Source: Coriobacteriia bacterium
GTDB taxonomy: Bacteria > Actinomycetota > Coriobacteriia > WRKU01
DNA: 64,000 bases
Direction of reading: 5' to 3'
Assembly (NCBI GenBank): GCA_009777935.1
Contig: WRKU01000004.1
Location: 3,097-67,096 of the forward strand
In this document: one piece after another, positions 18,445 to 28,264 of the stretch
How the letters are laid out: the number at the start of each line of letters is the position of its first letter
Numbering within the stretch: position 1 is the stretch's first letter
Notes under the pieces: model-generated
The model's database searches: none
What the model was told of the DNA's origin: nothing
The model's input: the letters and a program-made list of their open reading frames with translations, nothing else
Translations under genes and position numbers: made by a program

Positions 18445-20617
18445 TCACCGCCTCACCCAGAGGGCGGGGCGGATGCCGCGGCTCGTAAGGGTAACTGTGC
18501 CACCAGACGGTGAGGCCCACTCACCGCCGCCGAGCAGGTTGCCCCAAGAACCAGTCGCACGGCCACCAGCATCCACGATGCCCGCACGAACGGATGTGTT
18601 ACCACGCGAGCGTATCCACCAATCACGAGCTGTTCCCGGCGAGCCTGAATCGGCCGAATCATGCCCAATACGGCCCAGCTGCGTCGCACTCGTAGCACGC
18701 GCTGCCATACCGGACGTTCTCGCATCGTTGACGCCATCGGGAAAAAAGTTGACGACCTCAAGACCTGAGAGCGGAAATGCGATGATGCCGCCGGCATTGG
18801 CCGGGTTGGTGTCGGCCGCTGCGTTGTTTACGAGTGTTGTACTTGGACGCGATGCCGGACGGTCTCCATACGTTGCAAAGGTCGTATTTGCAAGCGTCCC
18901 GGTCACGATCGTACCGTCGGCATGCTCAATGCCCAGTGTAGCGGTCGTGTTGCCGTTGCCCCAGGCACCGGTGAAGGCAGGAGCGACTACCACATCGCGT
19001 AGCTCGCCGTTTAAGGGGGCGTTGTGGTTAAACCATGCGTCCATGTTGGCCATCAGATTAGATTTCGTGTTGTTAGGGCGATCGATGAGCCAGAATGCGT
19101 TGGTGTCCGACGTCGTGTTAACCATGTTGCTGTTTAGCGTATAAGGGGTGTCATGATAGACGTTTTCAGTCACGATTAAGTCATAGGTATAGGTGCCATC
19201 ATTGACACTGGCGATACGCCAAAACCATATGCCGTCAAACTGCATGTGTGCGTTAGCGGCTGTAGAGCCCAAGTGGCGTTGCGGGATGCCGCCCGTTGGT
19301 GCTTGGGGTCCCAGAGGTGAAGTGGGGCCGATAATCCTAATCTCACCCGAGATGCTTGTAAAGCCGTCACCTTCAACCGGTGCTGCACCGGAGTTTGAGA
19401 CGAGTGCACGGTAGGTGAAGGTTCCAGGCACACTCGTGCTGGCATAATAAGTGGCATTCGCATGAGACCCTGGTGCGGTCTCCCATTCATCGATGGTGTT
19501 CTTGCGCTGCCACAGATACGTGAGAGGCTGTATGCCGGTTGTATTGGCTTCGACGCCGAGCGCTGGAGTAGCGCTACCTAAGGTAACGGTTTTCTCGTTG
19601 CCAACAAGAGAGGTGGACTCGCCATTAATAGTAAGGTCAATAATGGAAGGAGCCGTCCACGTCATTGAGTCCAGAATGGCCCTACCCTGCGTTGATGCCG
19701 CACGCAAAGGTACGCCGTCGGTGCCGCTGCTGGGTACGAGGCCGTCTTTCATGGCACTCACATCATCTTGGGTGACGACCTCCATCTGGATGTCGATGGC
19801 GTAGTAGAAAGCGTGCTTGAGCGGATCAAAACCTGAAGCGGCGCTCACGCCGGTCATCAAGGGAAGCGTATTAGTCTCTGGTCTGATGACGCTTGTGTAG
19901 TAGAAAAAGCCATCATCAGCAAGTACCCACTTGTTTGAGCGCTGTGAGAGAGGTAGTGCGGTCCACTCGGTGTAGGTCAGGTGATCTGAGTTCCACTCCC
20001 AGTACTCGCTGAACGGAGTGCCGTCAGCAGCATGTCCTCGGGCAGGAGAAGCTTGCGTGAGGCTTGCTGGGTCAGTCAGACCGCGAATTGACCACATGTC
20101 AGGCGTGACGTTAAACCACGCTGTTTGAGTATCAATAAGGGTGCCATCTGCTCCCCACGTGCCTGAATCGAGCGTGGGAGTTAAGGTAGTCTCTATAGCT
20201 GCCGGAATAGGGTCGGCAAAAGGAACGCCTTCTATGATGTTTCGCCCACGGCTCCAGTCTTCAGCTTCTATCCACTGCATAAACTCAGATGCTGAGATAC
20301 GTGCTATGAAAGGTGAGTTGCCTGAGTTTTGTACCCATACTCTCTTTTGCCACTCAGTAGCATCAAGACGTCTGAATTCATCGTGCAGTACGGCTCTTGG
20401 TGTGTTTAGACTGGCAAACTGATTGATAGCACGCTGCATCGTACCCCACGCAAAGGCTCCTAAGAGTAGGAGGAGCAGGGCGATTATGATGGCTATGGTG
20501 GTGTTTTGACGCTTGCGACTGCGTGGTGCGTCGGTACCGGTAGCAGCGTCAATGGCAGAGGGCTCTACCTCAGAAAGTGGAGACCCCCCCCCCCCGCAGG
20601 GTGTGATTATCGCTCAT
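18445..20617 (-). CDS. Surface/secreted protein paralog 2, frameshifted at a G12 tract (ORF track shows 18445-20439)
   Basis: ATG 20617 with GAGGG RBS gives MSDNHTLRGGG then TGA with G12; with G11 it continues SPLSEVEP...RSRKRQNTTIAIIIALLLLLLGAFAWGTMQR into the ORF (723 aa). Confidence 0.85.
20584..20595 (-). repeat. Poly-G12 tract (C12 on + strand) in paralog 2
   Basis: Counted directly: aga-cccccccccccc-gcag. Confidence 0.97.
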
Positions 20618-20743
20618 GTGTGCCCTCATTTCATAGAAAAAACGTACGTGATTAGCTACTCTCTAGTGTAGCACCTGCTCGGCAAAACACAAAATTTTAC
20701 GTAGTTATAGTTTAGCGAATTAACGTTATTCGGCGGTACTTGA

Positions 20744-21019
20744 CTAGAATAAATCGCTATGTGTGCCGGTACGCGTAAGCGTAAGTGTCAAGATATCCTC
20801 CTCAATGCGGTACACGAGCAGCCAATCAGGTTGGATGTGGCACTCTCGGTGATGTGCGTAATTCCCTATAAGAGCATGGTCTCGATGGACGGCATCGAGA
20901 GGTTTTCCTTGCGCAAGCTGCGTGATAATCTCATCAAGGAGTTCAATATGAAGGCCACGTTTTACTGCACGTTTATATTCTTTGCGAAATCTGCCGGTTA
21001 GCTTTACTTGATATTTCAT
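20744..21019 (-). CDS. yafQ: Type II TA toxin, YafQ family mRNA interferase
   Basis: DHALIGNY...RECHIQPDWLLVY...RTGTHSDLF; overlaps the antitoxin stop. Confidence 0.93.
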   Translation of the reverse strand: MKYQVKLTGRFRKEYKRAVKRGLHIELLDEIITQLAQGKPLDAVHRDHALIGNYAHHRECHIQPDWLLVYRIEEDILTLTLTRTGTHSDLF

Positions 21020-21291
21020 GCTTTTAAGTCTGCAAACATTTCGTCAAGATCAGTATACGCCTTAACATTCGGGTCATAAGTAATACGCTCGGCCTCTTCT
21101 ATGGCTGCAAGCGTTACCGCATTTGGCTTATTGCGGGAAACCTCGAACGGGATACCTTGCGTACGCACAGCCTGTCGCAAAAATATGGTAATCGCGCTTG
21201 TCGTGTTAAGGCCTAAATCTGCAAACAAATTCTCAGCTTCTCTCTTGAGATCTGGATCCATACGAATGCTCATGTTAGTGCTTGCACCCAT
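21016..21291 (-). CDS. dinJ: Type II TA antitoxin, RelB/DinJ family
   Basis: SIRMDPDLK...GLNTTSAITIFLRQAV...GIPFEV, directly upstream of yafQ. Confidence 0.92.
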   Translation of the reverse strand: MGASTNMSIRMDPDLKREAENLFADLGLNTTSAITIFLRQAVRTQGIPFEVSRNKPNAVTLAAIEEAERITYDPNVKAYTDLDEMFADLKA

Positions 21292-21465
21292 AGCACTCTC
21301 CTTTCCAGTATGGCATTATTGTATTGCATAGTAGATACATTGTCAATACATAGTTATTTTTTGTAGCTGGCGGTTTTCTGCCACCCGTACATATCTACGG
21401 GCAAGACTGAGTGGTGTCTGTAGCAGTTAACCGAGCGTAGCGAGAGCGAGGGCACAGGCAAACGC

Positions 21466-21564
21466 TACGCTTGGTTTCAAGTGACTGCGCAACCCGCGCT
21501 CAATGTACTTGCTTACATCGAGCGCAAGACGCAAGTCGCTTCGTTTGGGCGGACGACGTGTCAT
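21466..21564 (-). repeat. 99-bp repeat, copy B, downstream of paralog 3
   Basis: 91/99 identical to 18303-18401; inner arms 21496-21507 and 21514-21525. Confidence 0.9.
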
Positions 21565-21603
21565 AGTGCGGCTCCGGCTGCTGGTTCAGCCATCGCTTGG
21601 ATG

Positions 21604-23753
21604 TCAACGCCTCACCCAGAGAGCGGGGCGGAGGCCGTAAGAGGTAGTAGTAATCGAAGCGCCACCGGGAACGTACCACGTGCCATTGTCGAGCACGCCA
21701 CCCCAGGAGCCGAACACATTGCCATCGGTGATCACGCGGCCCGCCGTATGGGCAGCCTCACCACGAGAGCGGGACCACCAAGCGCGCGCTGTCGTGGTGC
21801 CTGCGTGATTGGCTCCGGCTCCGCGGCCAATGCGGCCTAATGTGGAGTCAGTTGTGGTCGTTGCGACCCCACCGCCTCCCGTAGCAGTGTTCGGGAAATA
21901 GCGCAAGATTTCGGTACCGGAGAGTGCAAAGGTCACAATACCTTGACCAGCTGTGGTCGAGGTGGTGATAGCAGCTGCGGTGCGTACCGGATTCGAGGGA
22001 CGCGACTGTGCCTGCGGGAAGGTCGTGAAGTTCACGTTTGCAATGCTTCCGGCGTTATTCGTGGTAAGTCCTGTTTCAACGCCAAAGTTGCGTGTATCGA
22101 CTGCACCCGTAATGATGCCGGCACCCGTGCCAAAGTCAGCTTGGATGGCGTAGGCATTCAGGTCCGGATGGGTGGCAGGGGTCAGATTATTCCACCACGT
22201 GTCCATCGAGACTTGTAAGTTAGATACCGCACTCGGGGTCGACCCTGAGGCACTATTAGAAAGCCAGTAGTTGCCGTTGCCGCTTGCGTTAAACATAGGC
22301 CCGCCACTGCCGGTAAAGTTAACGGCTGGGTTGGTACCGTAGACGTATTGGGTCACGATTAGGTCATAGTAGCCATTTGAGGCAATGCGCCAAAACGGGA
22401 TGCCGTCGATAACGATGCGCTGGGGCGAGCCTATCACGATAGGATCGCCACCGATGCCAGGAAGTAGCTCTACTTCTACGGTAATCGTATCTGATGCGGT
22501 GGTGTGTCCGTCTCCCTCGACCGGCGCGTTGCCTGAGTTTGATACCAGCACCCTAAACTCGTAGGTGCCTACTACGCTGGTATCTACCGTGTATTCGGTC
22601 TCGTCGTTAGTACCTGGTGCATCACTCCAGGGTGAGTTGGTGGTTTGCCACAGGTAGGTCAGATCAGGGTCGCTACCAGCGTCAACTTCGAGGGTGACTG
22701 GCGTACCTGGCGCCACAGTTATCTCAAGACCTTCGATACCGTTGATGCTCAAGCCTCCGATAATCGGTGCAGTCCAGTTAATGCTATCAAGAATGGCCTT
22801 ACCCTGTGTGGATGCCGCACGGAGCGGTACGCCATCGGTGCCACTGCTGGGGACAAGGCCATCTTTCATGGCACTCACATCATCTTGCGTGACGACCTCC
22901 ATTTGGATATCGATGGCATAGTAGAAGGCATGCTTGAGTGGATCAAATCCCGTGGCGGCAGAGACTCCTGTCATGAGGGGAAGCGTATTGTTGTCTGGTC
23001 TGATGACGCTTGTGTAGTAGAAAAAGCCATCGTCAGCGAGCACCCACTTGTTAGCACGTTGCGCTAGGGGAAGTGCTGTCCATTCGGTGTAGGTCAGGTG
23101 ATCTGAGTCCCAGTCCCAATACTGGCTGAAAGGCATGCCGTCAGCTGCGTGTCCTCTGGCAGGAGCTGCATTCGTGATACTCGTTGGGTCAGTAAGGCCA
23201 CGAATCGACCACATGTCAGAGGTGACGTTAAACCAGGCTGTTTGCGTATCGATGAGAGTGCCGTCTACGCCCCAGGTGCCTGAGTCAAGCGTGGGAGTTA
23301 AGTTAGTTTCGATAGCTTCAGGTATGGGAGGAGCAAAAGGAATGCCTTCTATGATGTTTCTGCCACGCGTCCAATCTTCAGCCTCGATCCACTGCATAAA
23401 CTCAGATGCTGAGATGCGTGCAATAAAGGGTGAGTTGCCTGAGTTTTGTACCCATACTCTCTTTTGCCACTCGGCTGCATCAAGACGCCTGAATTCATCG
23501 TGAAGTACGGCACGTGGTGTGTTCAGGCTCGCAAACTGATTGATAGCGCGCTGCATCGTACCCCATGCAAAGGCTCCCAGCAGGAGGAGCAGGAGTGCAA
23601 CTATGATAGCTATGGTGGTGTTTTGACGCTTGCGACTTTTTGGTGCCGCGTTAGAAGTGTCCGCGCTACTGACAGCGCTCGTAGACGAGGGCTCTACGCT
23701 ATTTTGCGATGGCCCCCCCCCCCCAGCAAGCGTAAAAAGGGCTGTTCAAACAC
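21604..23753 (-). CDS. Surface/secreted protein paralog 3, interrupted at a G12 tract; start uncertain (ORF track shows 21604-23556)
   Basis: The ORF frame extends upstream through KSRKRQNTTIAIIVALLLLLLGAFAWGT to the G12 tract, but has TGA at 23748 and no in-frame start. TTG 23749 needs G11; GTG 23753 needs G13 or G10. Confidence 0.78.
23713..23724 (-). repeat. Poly-G12 tract (C12 on + strand) in paralog 3
   Basis: Counted directly: gg-cccccccccccc-agc. Confidence 0.97.
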
Positions 23754-23774
23754 CGTTACTGCGTACAGAAAGGG

Positions 23775-25052
23775 TCAGTGTCCGGCGGTATCGCGGGGGG
23801 TGGGGCGATAGAACTTCGTGTCTTTGAGAGCATCGGGCAGGTACTGTTGCTCGACGTAACCTTCTGCGTAGCTATGGGGATAAAGGTAGCGGCCGTAGTT
23901 TTCGCTGCCGGGACGATTGCGGTCACGCAGATGGCTCGGTACGTCGTACTCGGCACCAGCACGCACGGCGGCCAGCGCTTCGTCGATGGCGAGATACGAC
24001 GCATTGGACTTGGGTGCGCGCGCGAGGTAGATTGCAGCTTGCGACAGGATGATACGGCACTCGGGCATGCCGATAATCTCGGCCGAGCGAAACGCAGCCT
24101 CGGCGATAAGCAGTGCCTGTGGGTCAGCCATGCCGATGTCCTCAGAGGCCAGTATCATCATGCGGCGTGCGATAAACTTCGGGTCCTCTCCCCCGTGCAA
24201 CATGCGCGCGAGCCAGTAGACCGACGCATCCGGATCAGAGCCGCGCATCGATTTGATGAATGCGCTGATGATGTCGTAGTGATAGTCGCCGTCTTTGTCG
24301 TACGGTGTTTGCTTGGACGGCATTGCGTCGGCAACCATCTCAAGCGTCAGCTCGCGCGCTTCCTGTGCCATCGCAAGCTGAGCAGCGAGCTCGAGCGTAG
24401 TCAAGGCGACGCGCGCGTCACCGCCGGCCATCGCGGCGATGGCTGTGACGACTTCGTCGGTCGCGCTGAGCTGCCCGTTGAGGCCTCGCTCATCGGCCAG
24501 TGCGGTGCGCACAATAGTGGCGACATCTTCGTCGGTAAGGAGCGCCAGCTCGATAACGCGCGAACGCGATACCAGCGCACTGTTGACCTCAAAGTAGGGG
24601 TTTTCGGTCGTCGCACCGATAAGTACGACGATGCGATCTTCAACGGCGTGAAGAAGCGCGTCTTGCTGAGACTTCGAGAAACGATGAATCTCGTCGATGA
24701 AGAGAATGGTGCGCCGCCCTTCAAGGGCGAGCCGCTCGCGTGCCGCAGTCAGCGAAGCGCGCAGATCGGCGACGGTGCCGCCGATGGCCGAGACCTCATC
24801 AAAAAACGACTCGGTCGTCGCGGCGATGATGCGCGCAAGCGTCGTCTTGCCGGTGCCGGCCGGCCCAAAGAGCAGAATTGAAGAGAGCGCATCGGCTGCG
24901 ATTACGCGACGAAGCCAGGTGCCCTCGCCCACGATGGTGCTCTGTCCCACGAACTCGTCGAGCGTGCGCGGGCGCATACGCACCGCAAGCGGCGCGACGG
25001 CCTCAACGGCACGTGCGCGAACATCGGCGAAAAGATCGGGCTGTTTTGGCAT
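23775..25052 (-). CDS. rarA: Replication-associated recombination protein A (RarA/MgsA)
   Basis: PLAVRMRP, GPAGTGKTT, FIDEIHRF, GATTENPYF, SAFIKSMRGSDPDA, ASEDIG. Confidence 0.97.
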   Translation of the reverse strand: MPKQPDLFADVRARAVEAVAPLAVRMRPRTLDEFVGQSTIVGEGTWLRRVIAADALSSILLFGPAGTGKTTLARIIAATTESFFDEVSAIGGTVADLRASLTAARERLALEGRRTILFIDEIHRFSKSQQDALLHAVEDRIVVLIGATTENPYFEVNSALVSRSRVIELALLTDEDVATIVRTALADERGLNGQLSATDEVVTAIAAMAGGDARVALTTLELAAQLAMAQEARELTLEMVADAMPSKQTPYDKDGDYHYDIISAFIKSMRGSDPDASVYWLARMLHGGEDPKFIARRMMILASEDIGMADPQALLIAEAAFRSAEIIGMPECRIILSQAAIYLARAPKSNASYLAIDEALAAVRAGAEYDVPSHLRDRNRPGSENYGRYLYPHSYAEGYVEQQYLPDALKDTKFYRPTPRDTAGH

Positions 25053-25093
25053 ATGTTATTATAACATCACTGAACGAGACGAAAGGTTCGTGC

Positions 25094-25531
25094 TTGAAAG
25101 TATCAACGAAAGGCCGGTATGCAATCCGTCTGCTCCTCGATTTGGCGGAGCACCAGCACGACGGCTTTATTCCGCTCAAAGATATTGCGGCACGTCAGGG
25201 AATCTCGAAACAGTACCTCGAACATATCGTCACGCTCCTCAACACCTCGAATCTCCTGCGTGGCAGTCGTGGCAAACGCGGTGGCTATATGTTGACGCGA
25301 AAGCCGGCCGAATACTCCATCGGTGAGATTTTACGCGCAACCGAAGGTGATCTGGTGCCGGTGGCGTGTCTTGAAGACACGACGAACCGTTGTGAACGCG
25401 CTCCTTCGTGCAAGACGCTGGCGATGTGGCAGGGGCTGCGCAACGTGACCAACGACTATCTCGACAGCGTGACCTTGCAGGATTTGCTCGACCAGCACTG
25501 CGAACAGGGTGTGATTGACTACATCATCTAA
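25094..25531 (+). CDS. Rrf2 family transcriptional regulator (CymR/IscR-like)
   Basis: TTG start after GAAAGG; KVSTKGRYA, GISKQYLE, RGKRGGY, three Cys in CLEDTTNRCERAPSC. Confidence 0.92.
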   Translation: MKVSTKGRYAIRLLLDLAEHQHDGFIPLKDIAARQGISKQYLEHIVTLLNTSNLLRGSRGKRGGYMLTRKPAEYSIGEILRATEGDLVPVACLEDTTNRCERAPSCKTLAMWQGLRNVTNDYLDSVTLQDLLDQHCEQGVIDYII

Positions 25532-26388
25532 TTAAGGTTAGCCATAATATCGGCGGCAATATCCGGTTTGTTCATTGTGTAGATATGAATATGTGTGACC
25601 CCCTGAGCCATGAGGTCGGTGATTTGCTCGGTTGCATACGCCACCCCTGCGGCACGCATGGCGGCAGCATCATCGGCATGCGTTTTAACGAGCGCTGCGA
25701 GCCGAGGCGGCAGTTCGGTGCCGGAAAGCGCGCAGATACGGGTGATTTGGGCCGCATTGGTGACCGGCATGATACCGGCAACGATCGGCACGTCAATACC
25801 GGCGCGAGACAGCCGGTCCAAGAAGCGGTAGAGGACCTCGTTGTCAAAGAACATCTGCGTCGTCAGAAACTCACAGCCACGCGCAACCTTAATCTTAAGG
25901 TTCTCGATGTCGGCCTCGATTGAAGCGGCCTCGGGATGTCCCTCGGGGTAACACGCGCCACCGATACAGAAGCCGCCGAAGTTAGCGATCTCCTCTATGA
26001 GCTCGCTCGCGTAGCAATATCGCCCCTGCTCCTGAGTGGGAAACGACCTGTCTTCGGGAATGTCACCGCGCAGTGCCAGTACGTTCTCGATACCACGCGC
26101 ACGCAGCTCGGTGAGTATATCACGCACCGTAGCGCGATCATGAGAGACACAGGTCAGATGCGTGAGCACCGGAATACCGCAGACGTTTTGCACCTCGTCG
26201 GCAAGGCTGATGGTGTAGTCGCTCGTGCCGCCGCCGGCGCCATAGGTGACGCTGATGAAGGCCGGTTTGAGCGCGGCCGTTGCGTGCACCACTTCGCGTG
26301 CTTGGGCAAGCTGCTCGCCGTGCTTGGGCGGAAAGAGTTCACACGATATCGTGGGACGCCCCGTGTTGAGCAGATCGATAATCCTCAC
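25528..26388 (+). other. See minus-strand metF; no supported plus-strand feature here
   Basis: Only short spurious ORFs on the plus strand. Confidence 0.05.
25528..26388 (-). CDS. metF: 5,10-methylenetetrahydrofolate reductase
   Basis: [44 protein letters not shown]. Confidence 0.96.
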   Translation of the reverse strand: MRIIDLLNTGRPTISCELFPPKHGEQLAQAREVVHATAALKPAFISVTYGAGGGTSDYTISLADEVQNVCGIPVLTHLTCVSHDRATVRDILTELRARGIENVLALRGDIPEDRSFPTQEQGRYCYASELIEEIANFGGFCIGGACYPEGHPEAASIEADIENLKIKVARGCEFLTTQMFFDNEVLYRFLDRLSRAGIDVPIVAGIMPVTNAAQITRICALSGTELPPRLAALVKTHADDAAAMRAAGVAYATEQITDLMAQGVTHIHIYTMNKPDIAADIMANLN

Positions 26389-27395
26389 GTAACGACGACC
26401 TCGTTATCTGCAATGTCGGAAAGCGGCGTGCTCAGGTATCGCTCACCTGAATCAGGTAACATCGCCACGATTGTCTTGCCGGCGTTTTCCTCGTCTGCCG
26501 CAAGCTGCAAAGCCGCCCACACCGCCGCGCCCGACGAAATACCGGCGAGCACACCGTCCTCCTGCATGAGTCGCTGAGCGGTATCGAATGCGTCTTCGTT
26601 CGTTACCCGTACAATCTCGTCGATAACTGCGCGATTGAGCACCTTTGGCACAAAGCCGGCACCGATGCCCTGTATGCGGTGTGGACCCGGTTTCTCGCCT
26701 GAAAGTACCGCCGACGCGTCTGGCTCAACGGCGACAATCTTAACGTCAGGCTTGCGTGCCTTGAGCACCTCGCCCACGCCCGTAATCGTGCCGCCGGTAC
26801 CGACACCCGCGACAAAGATATCGACCGCACCGGCGGTGTCGTTCCAAATCTCCTCAGCCGTCGTCTCACGATGAATCTGAGGATTAGCGGGATTCTCGAA
26901 CTGCATCGGCATGAAGCTACCTGCGATCTGCGCCTTAAGCTCGCGCGCCTTCTTGACCGCACCCGCCATACCTTCGTTGCCCGGCGTGAGGACGAGCTCG
27001 GCACCGAGCATCTGCACGAGCTTGCGCCGCTCGATCGACATCGTCTCAGGCATCACAAGTATCAGGCGATAGCCCTCTGCCGCGCAGGAAAAGGCCAGCG
27101 CAATGCCGGTATTTCCGCTCGTCGGCTCGATGATGACACTGCCCTCTTTGAGCTTGCCATCGCGTCGTGCCGCATCGAGCATCGCGGCACCGATACGACA
27201 CTTGACGCTGCCGGCCGGATTAAAGGCCTCAAGCTTGCCCAGCACGGTAGCGGGCAGACCTGCGCTTATCTGAGGAAGATGTATGAGCGGCGTTGCACCA
27301 ATCGCATCGGTGATGTGATCGTACGTCCGCGCACGAAACAGCGTGTCGCGTGCGGTGTCGGACGCAGAGGTGGCGTTCGTAGTGTTTTTACTCAT
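26385..27395 (-). CDS. cysK: Cysteine synthase A
   Basis: [11 protein letters not shown] (PLP Lys), [32 protein letters not shown]. Confidence 0.96.
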   Translation of the reverse strand: MSKNTTNATSASDTARDTLFRARTYDHITDAIGATPLIHLPQISAGLPATVLGKLEAFNPAGSVKCRIGAAMLDAARRDGKLKEGSVIIEPTSGNTGIALAFSCAAEGYRLILVMPETMSIERRKLVQMLGAELVLTPGNEGMAGAVKKARELKAQIAGSFMPMQFENPANPQIHRETTAEEIWNDTAGAVDIFVAGVGTGGTITGVGEVLKARKPDVKIVAVEPDASAVLSGEKPGPHRIQGIGAGFVPKVLNRAVIDEIVRVTNEDAFDTAQRLMQEDGVLAGISSGAAVWAALQLAADEENAGKTIVAMLPDSGERYLSTPLSDIADNEVVVT

Positions 27396-28264
27396 ATTGA
27401 ATACTCGCTTTCATGGATAATATCATACCTGAAAAGTGAGGTGATGCGCTCTTTTAATACGAGAAGCTCGGGATCGGTACGCCGACGCGGACGAGCGAGA
27501 TCGACGCTGAACCGATTGCGCACAACCCCCGGACTCGGTGAGAATATCACGACTTCATCGGAGAGGTAGAGCGCCTCATCGGTGTCATGAGTCACCAACA
27601 CGATAGTGATGCCTGTCTCATCCCACAGGCGTAGCAGATCGTCCTGTAGGCGCTCGCGCGTCAGGGCGTCGACAGCAGCGAATGGCTCGTCCATCAAGAT
27701 AATGCGCGGCTGCACCGAAAGCGCACGTGCGAGCGCAAGGCGCTGGCGCATCCCGCCCGAAAGCTGGGACGGATATTTACGCAGCGAGTCGGCCAGCCCA
27801 ACTTTGCGCAGATATTCCCGGGCTATCCTCTTTCGCTCGCCGCGCTTGACGCCACGTAACTTAAGCGCAAAGGTCACGTTCTGAAGCACGGTCATCCAAG
27901 GAAAGACGGCGTAGTCCTGAAAGATCATTGCTATATCGTGCTTTGGTCGATTCCTGAAAAGACTATTGGCCAACGGCGAGAGAAACCAATGTCGACGCCG
28001 ATACCGAATCATCTCACGACGCGTAGCTGGCAGCGGCTCGAGCACGGTCTTGCCATCGATATAGACACAGCCCTCGGTCGGTTCCTGCAGACCCCCGAGA
28101 ATTTCAAGAAAGGTGGACTTACCGCAGCCCGACGGCCCCAGCAAGCTCACGATAGTGCCGTCTTCGATAGTCAGCGAAACCGAAAGGAGTGCGGTAGCGC
28201 CATCGGCGGTGCGATCTTCGTTGACGACTGAGAAGAACTTAGTGACATTGTGCGCCTCAATCAT
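27392..28264 (-). CDS. ABC transporter ATP-binding protein (SsuB/TauB-like)
   Basis: [31 protein letters not shown]; about 25-aa insertion before the Q-loop. Confidence 0.92.
   Translation of the reverse strand: MIEAHNVTKFFSVVNEDRTADGATALLSVSLTIEDGTIVSLLGPSGCGKSTFLEILGGLQEPTEGCVYIDGKTVLEPLPATRREMIRYRRRHWFLSPLANSLFRNRPKHDIAMIFQDYAVFPWMTVLQNVTFALKLRGVKRGERKRIAREYLRKVGLADSLRKYPSQLSGGMRQRLALARALSVQPRIILMDEPFAAVDALTRERLQDDLLRLWDETGITIVLVTHDTDEALYLSDEVVIFSPSPGVVRNRFSVDLARPRRRTDPELLVLKERITSLFRYDIIHESEYSI

Noticed and set aside
18303-21564. CRISPR array or IS ends
   Set aside because: Only two 99-bp copies 3.1 kb apart; no regular spacers, cas genes or transposase.
9846-23753. A complete diversity-generating retroelement in this window
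   Set aside because: No reverse transcriptase and no template repeat differing only at adenines; kept only as a remote-target hypothesis.
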